From Bilabrum cf. latius (taxonomy: Eukaryota): a stretch of 64,000 nt of DNA. A model generated the notes under the pieces. The model had not been told where the DNA came from. It worked only from the letters and a program-made list of their open reading frames with translations, and did no database searches. Where the stretch lies: assembly GCA_965178125.1 (NCBI GenBank), contig OZ237755.1, forward strand, positions 496,001-560,000, read 5' to 3'. Positions within the stretch are counted from its first letter, which is position 1, and every line of letters starts with the position of its first letter. This document shows positions 1 to 13,830 of this stretch, piece by piece. The translations under genes and the position numbers were made by a program.

Positions 1-1865
1 CGCAGCGTCTTCTTCAAATCACTTTCCAGCGCGTTCAGCCGTCTCGAGTACTCGAGCGCCTTTGACTGCCGCACCGCTCGAATGGCCTCATCCATGTCGC
101 CCACGACGGCGGCTCGCAGCGTTTCCAGTTGATTTCGGCCCTCCTCCTCCGCGTCCCTCTCGTGTTCTTCCAGCACTCGCTGTCTGGTACTATCGAGTGA
201 GCTTCGTAGAGCTTCCATGGCACGCGCCGTCTCAGCGTCGATGCGAGCGCTTGCTGCTGCTTTGGCTGCTTCCAGCCGCTCCTGACCCCTCTGCCTCTCT
301 GCCTCCAGTTCTGCCTCCCTATCTCTGGACATTCTAACCTCTAGTGCCTCAATTTCAGCTGCCTACGCCCGCTTGAGCGCCTCCTGCAGCTCCCTGAGGT
401 CGTCGTCCTTCCGCCGAGTGAGCTCTGCCTCGGCCTCCTTCACAGCGTCCTGGTGCTGCGCCTCCAAGGCAGCGCGAAGCTCCACCGCAGCAGCCTCCCG
501 CTCCTACGTCAGGCGATCCGCGATGTCCTTGCGCCTCCCCGCGAGCCGGTCCTCGCTCTGCCTCATGGCCTCGGCTGCCAGCGACTCAGCTGCCTGGGTG
601 TGTTCCTGCCTCGCCCGGTCCTCCAGCTCCGATTCCGCCCTGGCGGCAGCCGCCTCCAGCGCCCTCCTCGCGTCCGCCATGCGCTGCTCATGCTCCTGCC
701 TCAGCTGTTCCCTGAGCGAACCCAGCCTCTCGTCGTTCTCTCTCTCGCATGCAGTCCTCAAGTCCCTCACGGCCTCCTCGAACCTGAGCTCGGCCTCTTC
801 CCGCAGACGTGCCTCCGCCCTCTGGCCCCTGCTGCGGTGGCTGTCCTCTATGCGCTACAGTGCAGTGTCTTTGTCTTCCACCAGCTGCTGCGCCACTGCA
901 TCCAGCCTCGCCTCCCTTTGCTTCTCCCCCTCGATCGCCACCATGGTCAGCAGCCGCTCCGACTGCTCCCGCGCCTGTTCCCTGAGGGCCTCTTCCCCTG
1001 CCAGCGCGTCCTGCTCCTGTCGCTGGAGCAGCTGTTCGGTCCATTCGCCCGCCTGCCTTGCGGCGTCCGCGGCTGCTTTGGCCATGCGGTCGACAGCCTG
1101 CGCCGTGGGCCCGCGAGCGGCTGCGTCCATTCGCTCCGCGACCTCTGTGCCCAGCAGGGTCTCGATCCTGCGCCGCAGGGCGGTTAGTTGTTCCCTGGAT
1201 TGATCTGCCAGGACATGAGCCCTGTGGCTGGCATCGTTCTGCACTTGTTCCCTGAAGGCATCGAGGACGGCTGCGTGTCCTGTCGGCATCACGGCGAGCT
1301 GGCCCGCACCCGCAGCACTTGCTCCGACAGAGCCACTGGTTCCGCCAGGATGCAACAAGCTCCCGTTTCGTACGCTCTACAGCGTCCGTTCAAAGTCCTG
1401 TTCCGCTTCTCGCACCGCCTTGGGTCTCGTATGGTACGCGTCAGGGTCACGCGTATGCCTCGTCGGCGATGCCTTCGTGCGACCAGATGACATTGTTCGG
1501 CGGCTGCGCGAAGGTGCAGATGACTGTGATGAAACAACTTTTGTAACCTGCTACGGGTTCCTATCGAGGCCCTTTGCCTTTCCAGGCGGGATCCACGCAG
1601 GAGGCGGTTGAGGGTTTCTCCTCTGCTCGGGACCCGAAGCTGATGATCGGGTTCGTCCATTTTGCGATGCAGAGCCAATACTTGCAACTGTTTCGTGATT
1701 TGATCCAGCACCGTGCGGGAGGGGCAGCGTCGGAGCTGGAGGCATCGGTCGGGCTGGTGAGATGGGACCAATTCCGGACAACCCGGTAGCCTCCGCAGCG
1801 CTATCCCTGTGATCGGCTGTCAGGCGCGCAAGCTACCGCAGAAAGCTTGAATCCTGAAATTCCAT
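1..1865 (-). CDS. Coiled-coil protein of unknown function (3'-truncated by window edge)
   Basis: ATG at 1865 after an A-rich leader. One frame stays open to base 1 if TAGs at 1833, 1551, 1377, 855, 504 and 363 are read as sense. This joins ORFs 1551..1781, 855..1358 and 504..770. Sequence is E/A/R/Q/L-rich and helical. Confidence 0.7.
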
Positions 1866-2062
1866 CTTTTGTTTATCAGATACTCCCCAGCGCCTTTGAG
1901 GTTAGTGAAGGTGCCCAACGTCTACTTGCAGAATCGTGCAATGCATAGTAATATGTTAGTAGCGTGCAGATTCAAATGCAGTATTGATTTCGCGAGGGAA
2001 CCCCGGAGCGATGTGACATTCCAACTGTTTTACAGCTTTTCTCCACTCTCAAACTCTCAAAC

Positions 2063-3831
2063 ATGGCAGCAATTTCTGAACCGGTGGCCGCTGAGGCCCC
2101 CGCCGCTGGCGCCGAGGGCGCAGCGGCACCCACGTCTGCTGGTGAGACGCTCCTTCAGTTGCTTCGCGATTGGCCGCACGCGCTCGTGCGGCTTACTGCG
2201 GCCTCATCGTCGGCCTTCTGATGAGATGAGGCAGCATTATATGTATATAGCTGTAAATTTTCTATGTGGCCCTTAAGAGCACAATCAAGTCTGAGGGATC
2301 CGCTAGGACGCGGCCGGAACGGGCATTCCAAGACCATACGAACCTCGTCTTGCAGCGCTCTTTCATCGCTACGCAGGTCCCAAGACCTTCGAGACCAACT
2401 ACCACACCATCATCGAGAAGTTCGACAAGATGGACCTGAAGCCTGAGCTTCTCCGTGGCATTTTCGGTGAGCCAAGCATTGTACTCGATTTGAACTGGGT
2501 GGCCATCGGCTTCCAATCGTGGTTTAGCACCCGGATGGCTGGGAAACCAATGGAATATAGTCGCGTCTTTGCTCCAATTGGATGCTGCTGGCGAAAGGTG
2601 TGCGCATGCTGGCTTTCATGTGTCCCGGCGTGATCCTGCAGTCCGGAGAATGATGGTTCTCCGCCTCCTGTTGCACTGCCCCAGGCGGCCTGTCACACGC
2701 AACCACCGCCTTACACACGCCCACGATTCGATTTCATTCAACGCAGGGTACGGTTTCGACCGCCCGTCGGCCATCCAGGAGCGCGCGATCAAGCCCATCA
2801 CCGAGGGGCGCGACGTGATCGCCCAGGCCCAGTCCGGTACCGGAAAGACGGGTGCCTTCTCCATCGGCGTGCTGCAGAACATCGACACCGAGGGTCCCGC
2901 CCGCGTGCAGGCCCTGGTGCTGGCACCCACCCGCGAGCTGGCCCAGCAGATCCAGTCCGTGATGCAGTCCCTGTCCGAGTACATGGGCGCCAAGATCCAC
3001 GTGTGCGTGGGCGGCACCGATGTCAGGGAGGACCTGGCCACGCTCGCCGACGGCGTGCACGTGGTGGTGGGCACCCCCGGTCGCGTGTACGACATGATCT
3101 CGCGCGGGGCCATCGACCCCTCGGGGCTCAAGATGTTCGTGCTCGACGAGGCCGACGAGATGCTCGACTTCGGGTTCAAGGACCAGATCTACGAGATCTT
3201 CCAGAAGGGGCTCCCCAAGGACATGCAGGTGGCCGTCTTCTCCGCCACTCTGCCCAACGAGGCCCTGGAGCTGACCCACAAGTTCATGGGTTCCGACCCC
3301 GCCATCATCCTGGTCAAGAAAGAGGACCTCACCCTGGACGGTATCTCCCAGTTCTACATCGCCCTCGAGCAGGAGGACGCCAAGCTGGACACTCTGTGCG
3401 ACCTGTACGAGCGCCTCAAGATCACCAAGGCCATCATCTACTGCAACCTCAGGCGCAAGGTGGACTGGCTCACCGCCGAGATGCAGGCCCGCGACTTCAC
3501 CGTGTCCTCCACCCACGGAGAGATGGAGATGAAGGACCGAAAGGCCATCCTCAAGGAGTTCAGGCAGGGCGCCTCCCGCGTCCTCATCACCACGGACCTG
3601 CTGGCCCGCGGTATCGATGTGCAGCAGGTGTCGCTGGTCATCAACTACGACATGCCCGCCAAGCGCGAGTCGTACATCCACCGTATCGGTCGGTCGGGCC
3701 GTTACGGCCGCAAGGGTGTGGCCATCAACTTCGTGACCACGGAGGACCTCCCGTACATCAAGGACATCGAGACGTTCTACCACACCTCCATCGAGGAGCT
3801 GCCCGGTGAGCTCGACACCCTGCTGCCCTGA
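2063..3831 (+). CDS. eIF4A: Eukaryotic initiation factor 4A, DEAD-box RNA helicase (3 exons: 2063-2141, 2377-2466, 2747-3831; ~417 aa)
   Basis: Motifs [47 protein letters not shown] and [13 protein letters not shown] introns restore the frame. Ends in TGA, contains no TAG, strong GC3 bias. Confidence 0.95.
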
Positions 3832-4488
3832 GTGCAGTGCATTGTAGCGATGGATCGTGGGGCGTGTCTCTTGGAGGGGGCGTGCGCCCGGGCGGCTGCT
3901 TGTCGGCTGTGCGGGATGGTTTTCAAGAAACTAGGCGGTTTTGGAGCGCTTGGTTCCGTGGCGGCACATGGGTGCCGCACGGGACATGCGTGCCGCCTGG
4001 GGTCTGCGCGGGGGAAGGGACAAGGTCTCGGCGCGCGGATCGCATGAGGGGAAGGAAACACGAATGGCAAGACGAACGAAACGACAAGACGACGACATGA
4101 TGAGAAGCAAAGGCGACTCGATAGAGGCACTCGGCTGCGCAAACCGCAGCGCGCGTGTCACTTGCAGCGACTTTGGTTTGCTGCGCTGAGGCGACAAGAC
4201 TTCTTTACTGGCGAATGGCAGGGGTAGACGGTTGGACGCGCGTATGCGCGGTGTGTGTTGATGGTTGCTTGCTGCGTGGGTGGCTCAGGAACTGTGTGAG
4301 ATTGATTGCTCGCCCTATGGCACTTGCGCCTGGGGCGGGAGCGAATACTAGGCATCTCCCAAAAAAATAACCAAACACAAGTAGTTTTCAAAATTGCACA
4401 CCAGCAGGTCAGTGAGCCGAAAAAATCCAACACCCAAGAAACCAGCTGCACCTACACACATACACAGCACATGATGCTGCAGGCGGGC

Positions 4489-5718
4489 TCAAACACTTCC
4501 TCCCGCCGATCCACTCAGTGTGGTGGCGACTAGCCGAGCAAGGGCCGCTGGCAGCACGCCGTCGATAGCCCCTGCATCGACACCCGGCTCGTCGTCCCTT
4601 GCCAAATCGGACCCCTAGGAGGAAGAGCCTCTCGCTTGGCCTGCTCGCACCGCTGCACGCGTTGAAGGCCCAGATGCCGACGACCCGTCACCCGGGCCCG
4701 CGCCCCAGCTGCCAGCACCACTCGTACTACTACTAGAATCACCCATTTTGGCGGCACTTGCAGGCGGGCCCAGCACGCACTCAAGTAGCTGGCTGCGAGG
4801 CCACTGCGACACGGGGGGGCACAGCGGCTCCGCATTCCTCTCAGCGGAGCAACTGCTACGCGGTCGAACTGTCGCTTCACCAGCCCCCTTTCTTAGATCT
4901 GCGGAACCGTGATGACTGGCAGTGGCCTAGTATCTCAGTCGGAGCTCAGCATCGATCAGTGTCCATGCCGCCTCCAGGTCGCCCCTGCGGGCCACAGAGC
5001 TCTTTGGCGCTTCCCACGGCTTCGGGGCGCTAGAGTAGTGCAGTATGTCGATGGGATGGCATGAATTCCAGTAGCCGGGCTGCTTTGCGTGCGTGAGCCA
5101 ATGAAGCGTTCGCTACGCATTCGCTCGGAATGGCAACCTTGTGTGGGCAGGGCCCCGGAACCAGTGGGGGAAGAGGAACTAGTTCAAGAATCCCGTGTCC
5201 CCACCATCGTATCCCGAACATGAAACAGTGCGAGCGGTCCGCAACATTCGGCGGTACACACGGACATCTGGTTGCACCAGCATTACCCCGCCATTGAATC
5301 GGTCCGGGATTAAGCAGTCCGGAGAGGCAGCACAAGTCCCACCGTACGTGTCAAAATATGATTCTAGAGGGCGCAACACTACCGCATCCGCATCAATGTA
5401 GAAGATCTTTTCAAACTGTACCAGCTGCCAAACAGCAAGCTTGGCGAAGCACTCTGGAAACCTTTGCTCGTGGCTTTGGCGACCAAGCGAGGAGAACATC
5501 TAGTGCGCACTAAGAACTGGGTGCATAACACATTGCAACCGTTGTAACTTGGAGGCCTCATAGGCCATAGAGCGGACAAAACTTGGATCCAGGCTGGCTG
5601 GCGTGTACAGTACCATGCATACGCTTCTGCGAGATGTGCAGCAATCAAGAGACCGGAGCATGCAAAAAAGACCAGGCATAAAGTCTCTGGATGTTATGAG
5701 AGTTGCATAAGCTGTCAT
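4489..5718 (-). CDS. Glycosyltransferase family 8 (glycogenin-like), ~409 aa
   Basis: Motifs MTAYATLITS, FAKL, YIDADA (DxD), FNGGVML, YDGGDTGFLN and ILHYSSAPKPW lie in one frame through TAGs at 5500, 5179, 5113, 4927 and 4615. TGA at 4489-4491. Confidence 0.8.
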
Positions 5719-5882
5719 TCTCTCGTGCACAGCAATCAAAAAGATCCCGATTGGTGATGTCGGTGGTTCCGGTTTTGCACAGCAGCGACAGCCTGAGGCC
5801 CTGCGCGGGGCCGCAAGTTACAGCAAAGTTATTCTGCTTCACATAAAGACACACACTTAGGAACAAGACACGCAAAATATCC

Positions 5883-8800
5883 TTACGAACCCCCGCACAG
5901 TGACAGGCACGAGCCGTCGCCGTTTCCGCCCGATGATCCCTCGCCCGGCCCCCCTTGCTTGGTGAGGACCTGCCCCAGCTGCATCTCAGTGAGCATCGCA
6001 CGCACGCCGCCCTTCATGGCAGGCAGAGAATCCCGCACACCGGGTGGTACCACGCTGATGGACTGCCAAGCAGAGGACAGCGGCTTGGAGAGCTCACCGA
6101 ACGAGTTCCAGTACTGCACGATCACGAAGACCAGCGAGGCGGACAAAAGCACGGCGATTACTGCCTCGTTCAGCTGCACCTGCTCCTCCACTCGCCCTCG
6201 CACAATGTCAGCAAAGCGGATGCCGATCCGTCTGAAGGAGTCCCTGATGTGGGGCTGCATGGCGGTTGCCAGGATAGACAGCCGGAACGCGATCTCAGGC
6301 TGGAACCAGTACGGAGCCAGGTCGGCGTCAAAGTCTGACCCAGCCTGCGGCCCGTTGATGATGTAAGACCGAAACTCCCTGATTACCTCATTCAGCGCTG
6401 TCTGCGCGCCGTTCACAAGGACACCGCCCCCTGCAGCCCTGCACTGGTCGTAGATGTCACTCCCTGCACACGCATCGTCGAGCAGCATCTCAGTCGCTTT
6501 ATCGTCCGAAACGGTGTCTAGCTCCAGTGTGAGGCCGGTTGATTCGTCGTAGTAGGTTCCACCCGACACGAGCCTCCGCAGGCCCACCTGCAGCCTCGCT
6601 TCGATCGTATCGAGCTGCGCGCGAAAGCCCGGCCGAGTTACGTTGGTGCTCGCGTAGGCGAGGTCCTGCAGAACCTGGGTGTACCGCACAGAGTCCATCG
6701 ACAGCCGTTCCGCCAGCACGAGGCGCTCATTGGTGCTCGTCACACCGGAGAACAGGACTGCAGTGGATACCACGAGGAAGACCACCCAGCAGAAAGACAC
6801 CATCACAGGGATCATGAACCGCCCAGTCGTCCACAGAGTGAAGCTCCAGTCGTCCGTGAAGGTGCGCATGCTGTTGACAGTCCTGCTCGACCTGCGCTTC
6901 AACATCTTGGCACGTCTTCGTTCCTTGGCGCGCGCCTTCTGGATCTCTTCATAGGATGCTGGGGCAGAGGTTCCGGTCCCACTGGAGGTAGCAAGCACCA
7001 ACTCTTCGTCTGCCGCACCAGACGGACGCCTCGGGCCGACGGATCGGCGACTAGCCTGTCGGTTCGCTTGGATCACATTGCGCCACTTTTCTTCCTCCTC
7101 TTCGAGAGCCTTGGCTGCTGCCGCCGCGCTTGCAGACGTAGTGCCAAGCAGCCGTTTCAAGCCACCGCTCTGCCTTGCAGACAAGTTCCCCCCGTCGCCC
7201 TGCGGGTCGTACTCGTTCACGGCATCATTATTCAGCAGCAACCCATCGTCGAGGCCAAACCCGGGGTTATCCTCCTCGAACTCGCCCTCATTCTCGATCC
7301 CCTCAAACTTCTGAACCAGCTGCTGCAGCTTGGTCGAGTGGCCCGTCTTGAGCTGCTTGGCAATCTTGACGGGCATGTACATGAGCAGGCCAAGAACACG
7401 CATGGTCTTATTTCGGAGCTCTGCCAAGGACCGAGAGAACAGAATGGCAGCCACTGCCAGCACCACGACAAAGGCAGTCAGACCCGCGATCCCCACCACG
7501 AGCTGCCACAGAGAGAACACGTCGGCGACATCGCGGGAGCGAAGCGACAGGCTGTGGTTGAGGCCCCCGAGGTAAGAATTTGCATTTGCCAGCATGAAGG
7601 AGTAGTCGGGCACCCCGAAGGAGAGATTGGCGGCGTGCGTCTGGTGCGCGATCCGCAGAAGAACCGCAGACATGAACTCGCCCATCTCGTACAGGCTCAC
7701 GTTGTACGGCTGCAGGGGCGCCCTGTCGTTGCTTATAGACACGAGCTGCAGCGTGCGTTCGAACAGCTCGTCCCTGGCTCTGTTCCTCCCGAGGCTGTTA
7801 CCTTCAGTGATAAGCACCTGGTGCTAGTCCCGGTGGAACTGCGCCGCCTCTTGCATCACACTGTACGTGAAAATCATGAAGGGCTCCGTCGTTGGGTCTG
7901 AAACAAACCGCGGATCGTAGAAGCCCCCGACGGTCCTGTAGTCCACCAAGAAGGACTGATAGCTGACGGCTTGCTCAGCGTTCACGTAAAGGAATGTGCT
8001 AACGTCCTGCAGGCCGTCTCCAACCGTGCGCTGCAGCGCAATCCCTGCGATTCCAAGCGCGAGAATGATCGTGATGATCCAGATGAACGCCAGCCGGATC
8101 CGGGACACCTCCTGGTTGGCAGCGCTGCCGCGATTCTGCACGACCTTGCTCAGTTGCTGCGCCATCCAGCTCTTAGATGAGGTCACGCTGCTTCGTCCGT
8201 CCGCATCTTGCTTCCGCCTGCCGTCAAATCGAACGGGGGGACGGCCTTTGGGAATGCCAGAGAGCTGTGTCCCAGAATCCGCCGAATCAACGCCTGACGG
8301 TGGGGCATTGATCAGCCCAAGAGCGTTCGTGCTGCTGAACGGGTTGATGAGCGACGACTCCGATACGTTCGAGTTGCCCGCGATGCTCCCGTCTGAATCC
8401 GAACCGCCTGCTGTAGCCGGCGTGCCGCCGATTCCGCCGGATGGAGCCTAGGGTAAAGGTAGCATGCCACCCGTCGACCTGTTCCCTCCCGTGCCACGTG
8501 CCGGCGACACATCGCTGGAGTCGCTATCATTCTTGATTTCGCCGCCAGCGGCCGCAGCGAGTTGCAGACCACCATTATCTGTCGTGACCTCGCGGCCGAC
8601 CTTCTTCGGAGGGCTGCCGTGGACATCTGATGCTCCACCCTTGGAGTCGTCCGTGGCATTACTATCGGATTCTGTCGGTGACTCCTCTCCGGCCTCGGTC
8701 TCGATCTCCTCCGCGGCTCCAAAGGTGACTGAGCCCCGGCGAGCGGCCTTCTTCTTGCCCTAGCGCCTCTTACCCCCTTTCCGCATGGCAGATTTAGGGC

Positions 8801-11800
8801 CGTCGATGTTGCCTCGCTTGAGGCCGGACCACGCACCGCCGAGGAACCCCAGGTCCTCGTCATCCTCATCGTCAACCCTGCTCACCTGCTCCGTGCGGGT
8901 GTCCTCCAGCCCCACCTCTGCAAGGGCGGCCTGCCCGATGGATGAATTGAGCAGAGTGCGCCGCGCGGCTGCCTTCATCACGTTTCGCTCGTCCTGGTTC
9001 GGCGCCCTCCACCGGAGCATGAAGCAGCGCCTGCCCACAAGCCCTGACACGTCCTGCACGGAAGCCAGCAAAAGACTCGATCCGTCGCTCGTGTTCTCCA
9101 GGGGAACAAGACCGGTGTCTTTCTGTCGCAGAAGGGGCCGCGGAAGGAGCCTCTGCGGCAGCTGGGGGATCTCTGGTCCACCCAGGGACCGAGACGAGTC
9201 GAGCCTGTGGGCGTCTTGACCGCTGGCAAGTAGCGGTGGAACAGCAGCATTCCTCGAAGACAACCCTATGCCTTTCCCACCGGTAGTTTGCGGCACTGCA
9301 GTGCCCTGTAGCATTCGTCTCGTGGATGTCGACAGATGCTGCAGCTGCGCCACGAAGTTTGACCTGCTCCCATGCCGCATCAGGGCTGGCTGCCTCGTGC
9401 CATCACCAGCTGGCCCTCCCCGCGGAGTACCTCCGGGCGCTATGTGTTCGTCCCCTCCGTCCTCTGCCAGCCTGCGCCTGATTTCTTCTGCCAGTACCTT
9501 GTCCAGCTCAGCGATGCGCTCTCGCCTCTACTCAGGGGAGAGGTCTGCGATCCGCACTCGCTCTCGGGGCTGGGCAGAGGCCGCAACGCCGAGTGCTGGG
9601 GTGGTGACGTCCTCGCTTGAGGGTCCCCGCATGTTACCAGACGAGCCGTCGACCTCAGGCGTCAGAAGAGCCAGCATCACGGCGGGGTTCCACAGCGCGG
9701 ACTCGTTGCCGCCGTCCATGTCCACCGTGGGAAAGTACCGAGTCAACGGGATCGTGTCCCTGCTGACCACCTCGCCGTCCACGCCCATCATGATCATGGA
9801 ACGAGCGGTGGCCGACAGCACACGGTAGTTGTGCTCTGCCCCCGCGAAGAAAACCACGTTCTCGTCGCAACGAAGCTAATCAATGGTCACCGCCAGCCTC
9901 GCAGAAGAAGTCTCGAGCTCGGGCGTTGCCTCCATGAGGGACAGCACCACGGGGATGGCCGCGCCGTTCGTGTGCTGCACAAAGGTCACCTCGGTCATGT
10001 TGAGGTGGTTGGACCACCCGTTGTTCTGCAGCTCTGAGATTCGCTGCCGGTATACCCCTCGTACAGGCTCGGGCAGCATCGTGGTGAAGGGGCTGCCGAC
10101 CAGCTGGCTGGTATTTGCGTGACCCAGCAGCCTGCATGCCGCGGGTGACGCGCTGAGAACCTCTCCGATGCTGCCGTCCTTGGCAGACAGGGTCAGGCCG
10201 GCAGCGGTGTCGTCCAGCTGGTCCACGTGCGGGGCGTGCTGGCCCAGCACGACGTGCCTGACGGCGCGCGCCCGCTGCTTGGCGTTCCTCTCGTCGATCC
10301 GATCGGCTCGGTTGAAGAGCTCCATGGCAGCGATCGCGTCGTTGCGGAGGTCCATGAGAAACTCAGCGTATACCCTGCACACCATCGCGCCGCTGCTAAG
10401 GCTCATCATGTGCTTGTACAGGCCTTCCGTGCGGCCGAGGGTGCTCTCGATGTCTTGGCCCACAGCGACCACCTTGCTCAGGGTAGGGGTGGTCCGTGCC
10501 AACTGCTCCCACAGAGCCAGGATGCTCCGCATGGCCGCGATCTTGCTCTCCTGCGCCTTCTTGGCGAGCTGCTCAAACACGACCCGGTCGAGGGCCGACA
10601 TCTTGCTGTGGTCCACGTCCTCTCGGATGGCGTAGGTCCGCTGGTAGGCGAACGCCTGGAGGTCGACGCCTGGAGAGCGCAGCCTCGCGGTACTAAGGCA
10701 CTGCGCCTCGGCGAAAGACGTGTCCAGATAAAAACCGCGGTAGAACTCACCTGCCAGCAGGTGCGCTAGCGGCTCAGAGTTGTACTGCTGCCGCATGTGC
10801 CTGTAGGCCTGTTCGGCGGCGTAAAGCAGCTGCTCGTCCATCCGCTTTGCGGCAGATTCGTAGCGAACGTTTAGCAGCCTTCGGCCGTAGTACGCGGCTG
10901 CGTCGATTGCGATGCTTGCCATGCCAACCGATGCGCCGACCTCCGTATCGGTCCGGCCACGCAGGCTCGGGCTCGCCCCGTTGGCGTGCTCGGCCCCGAG
11001 CATCTGCTCGAGCGTTTGACCGGCCGGGTCGGGCCCGCCAATAGCAGCGGCGGCGATCCCGTCCATGGTCCCCGTGATGGCTCCCTCAAAGGAGAGGAGA
11101 GCGCTCGCGGAGATGCTCCCGTGTGTGATGCTTCCTCTGGCTTCCACCCTTCGGCTGTACCTCTGCATGCGGTGCCTCGCCCAGACGTCCACCTGCACGA
11201 GATCGGAGCACTCAGAGAGCGGCTGGCTCGACACGAAGTACTCTCGCATGTGAGTGGTCAGCGCGCCGACACAGAAGGCCAGTGGGAGTCCCAGCAAAAG
11301 GGTCAGTGACATGTCACCCGTATCGAAGTAAGTTGTCAAGCAGAGCACGGAAGCTGCCCACGCGAACGCCATGCTTCCCCCACCGACGAGCGCGTTCATG
11401 TGGCTGTGGGTCAACGGCAGGTTCCGCACCACAAAATAAAATTGACTGACTCCGAACAGAAGCAGAATCACTGGGAGCGCCTGCGAGTCACGAAGCTAGT
11501 CAATCAAGAGCGTAAATGCCAGCACGAGAAGTGTCTTCGCCCCTAGCGCCAGCATCGTTGCCCTCCCGTGCGGCATCGCGTCCCACGACGTACTAGCAGG
11601 CGCTCGGTCGACTGATGTCCCGGCAATAAAAACGTTCAATACAATGAACAGGACGAACAGTACGCCAATGAAGATTCGAAGGATGACGGACGCGGCGCTG
11701 TTGCACTCGAGTCCAGATGAGGTCCATCCTCCCGTGTCGGCGGCATCTACGGCCCCACGACACGTCAGACTCGTGGCTAGAGTTATTGAAACTGGCAAAA

Positions 11801-12389
11801 ACATCGCTCTTGTTGTGATATCGTACGAGAGACGCAGCATCTGAAGGAGGAGTGCCGAGTGCGAGTGCTTCATCAGAAACATATACGCTGCGGCAGATAA
11901 ACGAGAGCAAATACACCCTTGGGTCAAAACTTACATTACGATCATGGCAAGCAAGAGCCAAGAAGCTGTGGCGGAGGAAGTGGTTGTTGCGGCCTCGACG
12001 AGGGCAGACGACTCGAAACGCCTCCAAACACACTCACCAACTGCGCAGGACGCTCCAATCTGCCACATCGCGATCAATGATCCAGCAATAATCAGAGCGA
12101 CGTACAGGGGAAACAGACTAGGCCGGGAACCTACGTTTCCGCTCAAAATTGCCATTAGCACGCCGAAATCTCCTCCAGCCGTCCCTTCCCACACAACCAT
12201 GGACGGGAGTACGGCAAAGTTTAGCATTTGAAGGTGCTCAATCACGACCTGAAAAGCAAATGATCGTTGTCGAGGTGCCTTCTCCTTGCTGAGCTCGTAG
12301 GATAGCCCGAACGCAGCTTCAAGGAAGCCCTGCGCTGCCACAGTCGCGTCTGTGGTCGCTCCGCCTGGCTGTCGCATAGACTCTGACAT
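5883..12389 (-). CDS. Large multi-pass membrane protein with a PAS domain (TmcB/TmcC-like architecture), ~2118 aa, intron 11888-12037
   Basis: N-terminal TM cluster, helical region, PAS-like segment (ASPAACRLLG..LVGSPFTTMLPEP..HTNGAAIPV), low-complexity linker and C-terminal TM pairs. One frame through TAGs at 11496, 9876, 9528, 8760, 8448 and 7824. TAA at 5883. Confidence 0.7.
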
Positions 12390-12640
12390 GACTTCAACCA
12401 AGTTCAAGCGTTGCCGTGATATCAGTCAACCAGAAGCCACACCACTGTTTGAATACTTTGTAGCAGGTAATCGTCTATGCTTCGGCATCCAACGGTCCTC
12501 GTCGGATCGCGTGCTGGGCTGTTCGCCCGGCCGCGCACTTTGGTCGCAACTTGTTGAACGGCGTGACGGCTGGCGGCCGAGTGATGATAAGCTCGGGGTG
12601 TCTTGCTAATTGCAAATCCATACCCACGGGACGCCATTGA

Positions 12641-13558
12641 ATGGCTTCAGTTGAAAGTGCACATCCTCTGAAATGCTCGGAAAAGCTAGACTTGAGTATG
12701 AAGGAAACCAAAGGGGTTGATAGCGACGGGGCTTCATTCAGCTCGATTAGCGACATGTGGACTAGCGCGACGGCAAAGGGTTTGGAGAAATGGTACAGCT
12801 GGGGAATCGAGTATTACAAGAAGCAGAAGCCAACTATCGATGGGGCCCTCGGTGGCCTGGGTGATCTAACGCATGCCCCGGACGTAGAGCACAGCAAGAC
12901 ACTGCTGCAAGTATGGACAGAGGAGCGAATATCATTGTTAGGCAAAGACAAGCCATGCCTTGGTGTATCTCCTGAATCTAGCAAAACTACCAGCCCGGCA
13001 GATAAAGCCCACGAAAGCTCTGTAGCTGGCGCTGGTTGGCCATTGCCGCGCACAAGGGCCCTGGACCTCGGGGGTGGCATGGGCAGGGTCTCGGCAGCAG
13101 TACTATCAAAGGTGTACGACACAGTTGACTTAGTTGAATCCAGTGAGGCCATGGTGAAGGCAGCAGAGAGCCACGTGCCGAAGGAATCGCAAGGCATTTT
13201 GCAAGTTGGCGCGATGCAAAACTACAGCCCAACAGCCAAGTATACATGCATTTGGATGCAGTTTGCTGCGGGGTACCTCACAGATGATGACTTGGTGCGC
13301 CTGCTACAGCGGTGCGCGGCGAGCCTGGATGATCACCCCGCACGGTGCATCGTCCTAAAAGAGAGCGTGACGAGCTCGTCGACGCAGGCGTTCTACCTGG
13401 ACAGAGAAGACCACAACGTGATCAGGAGCAGGGAGTACTTTCGCGGGCTCGCTCAATTGGCGGGTCTTGACGTCGTGCTGGAGGTGCAGCAGAAGCCTTG
13501 GCCAGTGGGCCTCTTCCCTCTTGTGGCGTTCGTCCTCTTGCCTGCAAAGACTGTCTAA
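12641..13558 (+). CDS. Alpha-N-terminal protein methyltransferase (NTM1/NTMT1-like)
   Basis: Motifs WYSWGIEYY, TIDGALGG, ALDLGGGMGRV (SAM motif I), YTCIWMQF..YLTDDD, VLKE and DREDHNVIRS. Ends in TAA. Confidence 0.85.
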   Translation: MASVESAHPLKCSEKLDLSMKETKGVDSDGASFSSISDMWTSATAKGLEKWYSWGIEYYKKQKPTIDGALGGLGDLTHAPDVEHSKTLLQVWTEERISLLGKDKPCLGVSPESSKTTSPADKAHESSVAGAGWPLPRTRALDLGGGMGRVSAAVLSKVYDTVDLVESSEAMVKAAESHVPKESQGILQVGAMQNYSPTAKYTCIWMQFAAGYLTDDDLVRLLQRCAASLDDHPARCIVLKESVTSSSTQAFYLDREDHNVIRSREYFRGLAQLAGLDVVLEVQQKPWPVGLFPLVAFVLLPAKTV

Positions 13559-13830
13559 GCTTCTGCAAAGCCTGCGCTTGCTTGATTGCGTGCAGTCAAA
13601 TTGCAAGGCGGGATGCGATTCTGTATTCGTAAACCTGTCTCTTCGGCTATTCAATTGCGCTGGCGGCTCCTCTTTACTCCCTCAGCGCGACGACCTCCTC
13701 ACACGTGTTGAGGGGGGCATCAGACGAAACTCAACCGCCGACTCCAGCCAGCCAGCACTTGCTATTTTTATCCAAACTGCATCGCATCTGTCCGTGCAAA
13801 TACAACCTTCCATCGCACCTCGCTCCGCAC

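Noticed and set aside
11931-11933. Apparent in-frame TAA in the PAS membrane gene (and TAA at 21571 in the glucan synthase)
   Set aside because: Both lie within predicted GT..CAG introns whose removal restores the frame, so they are not evidence for UAA reassignment.
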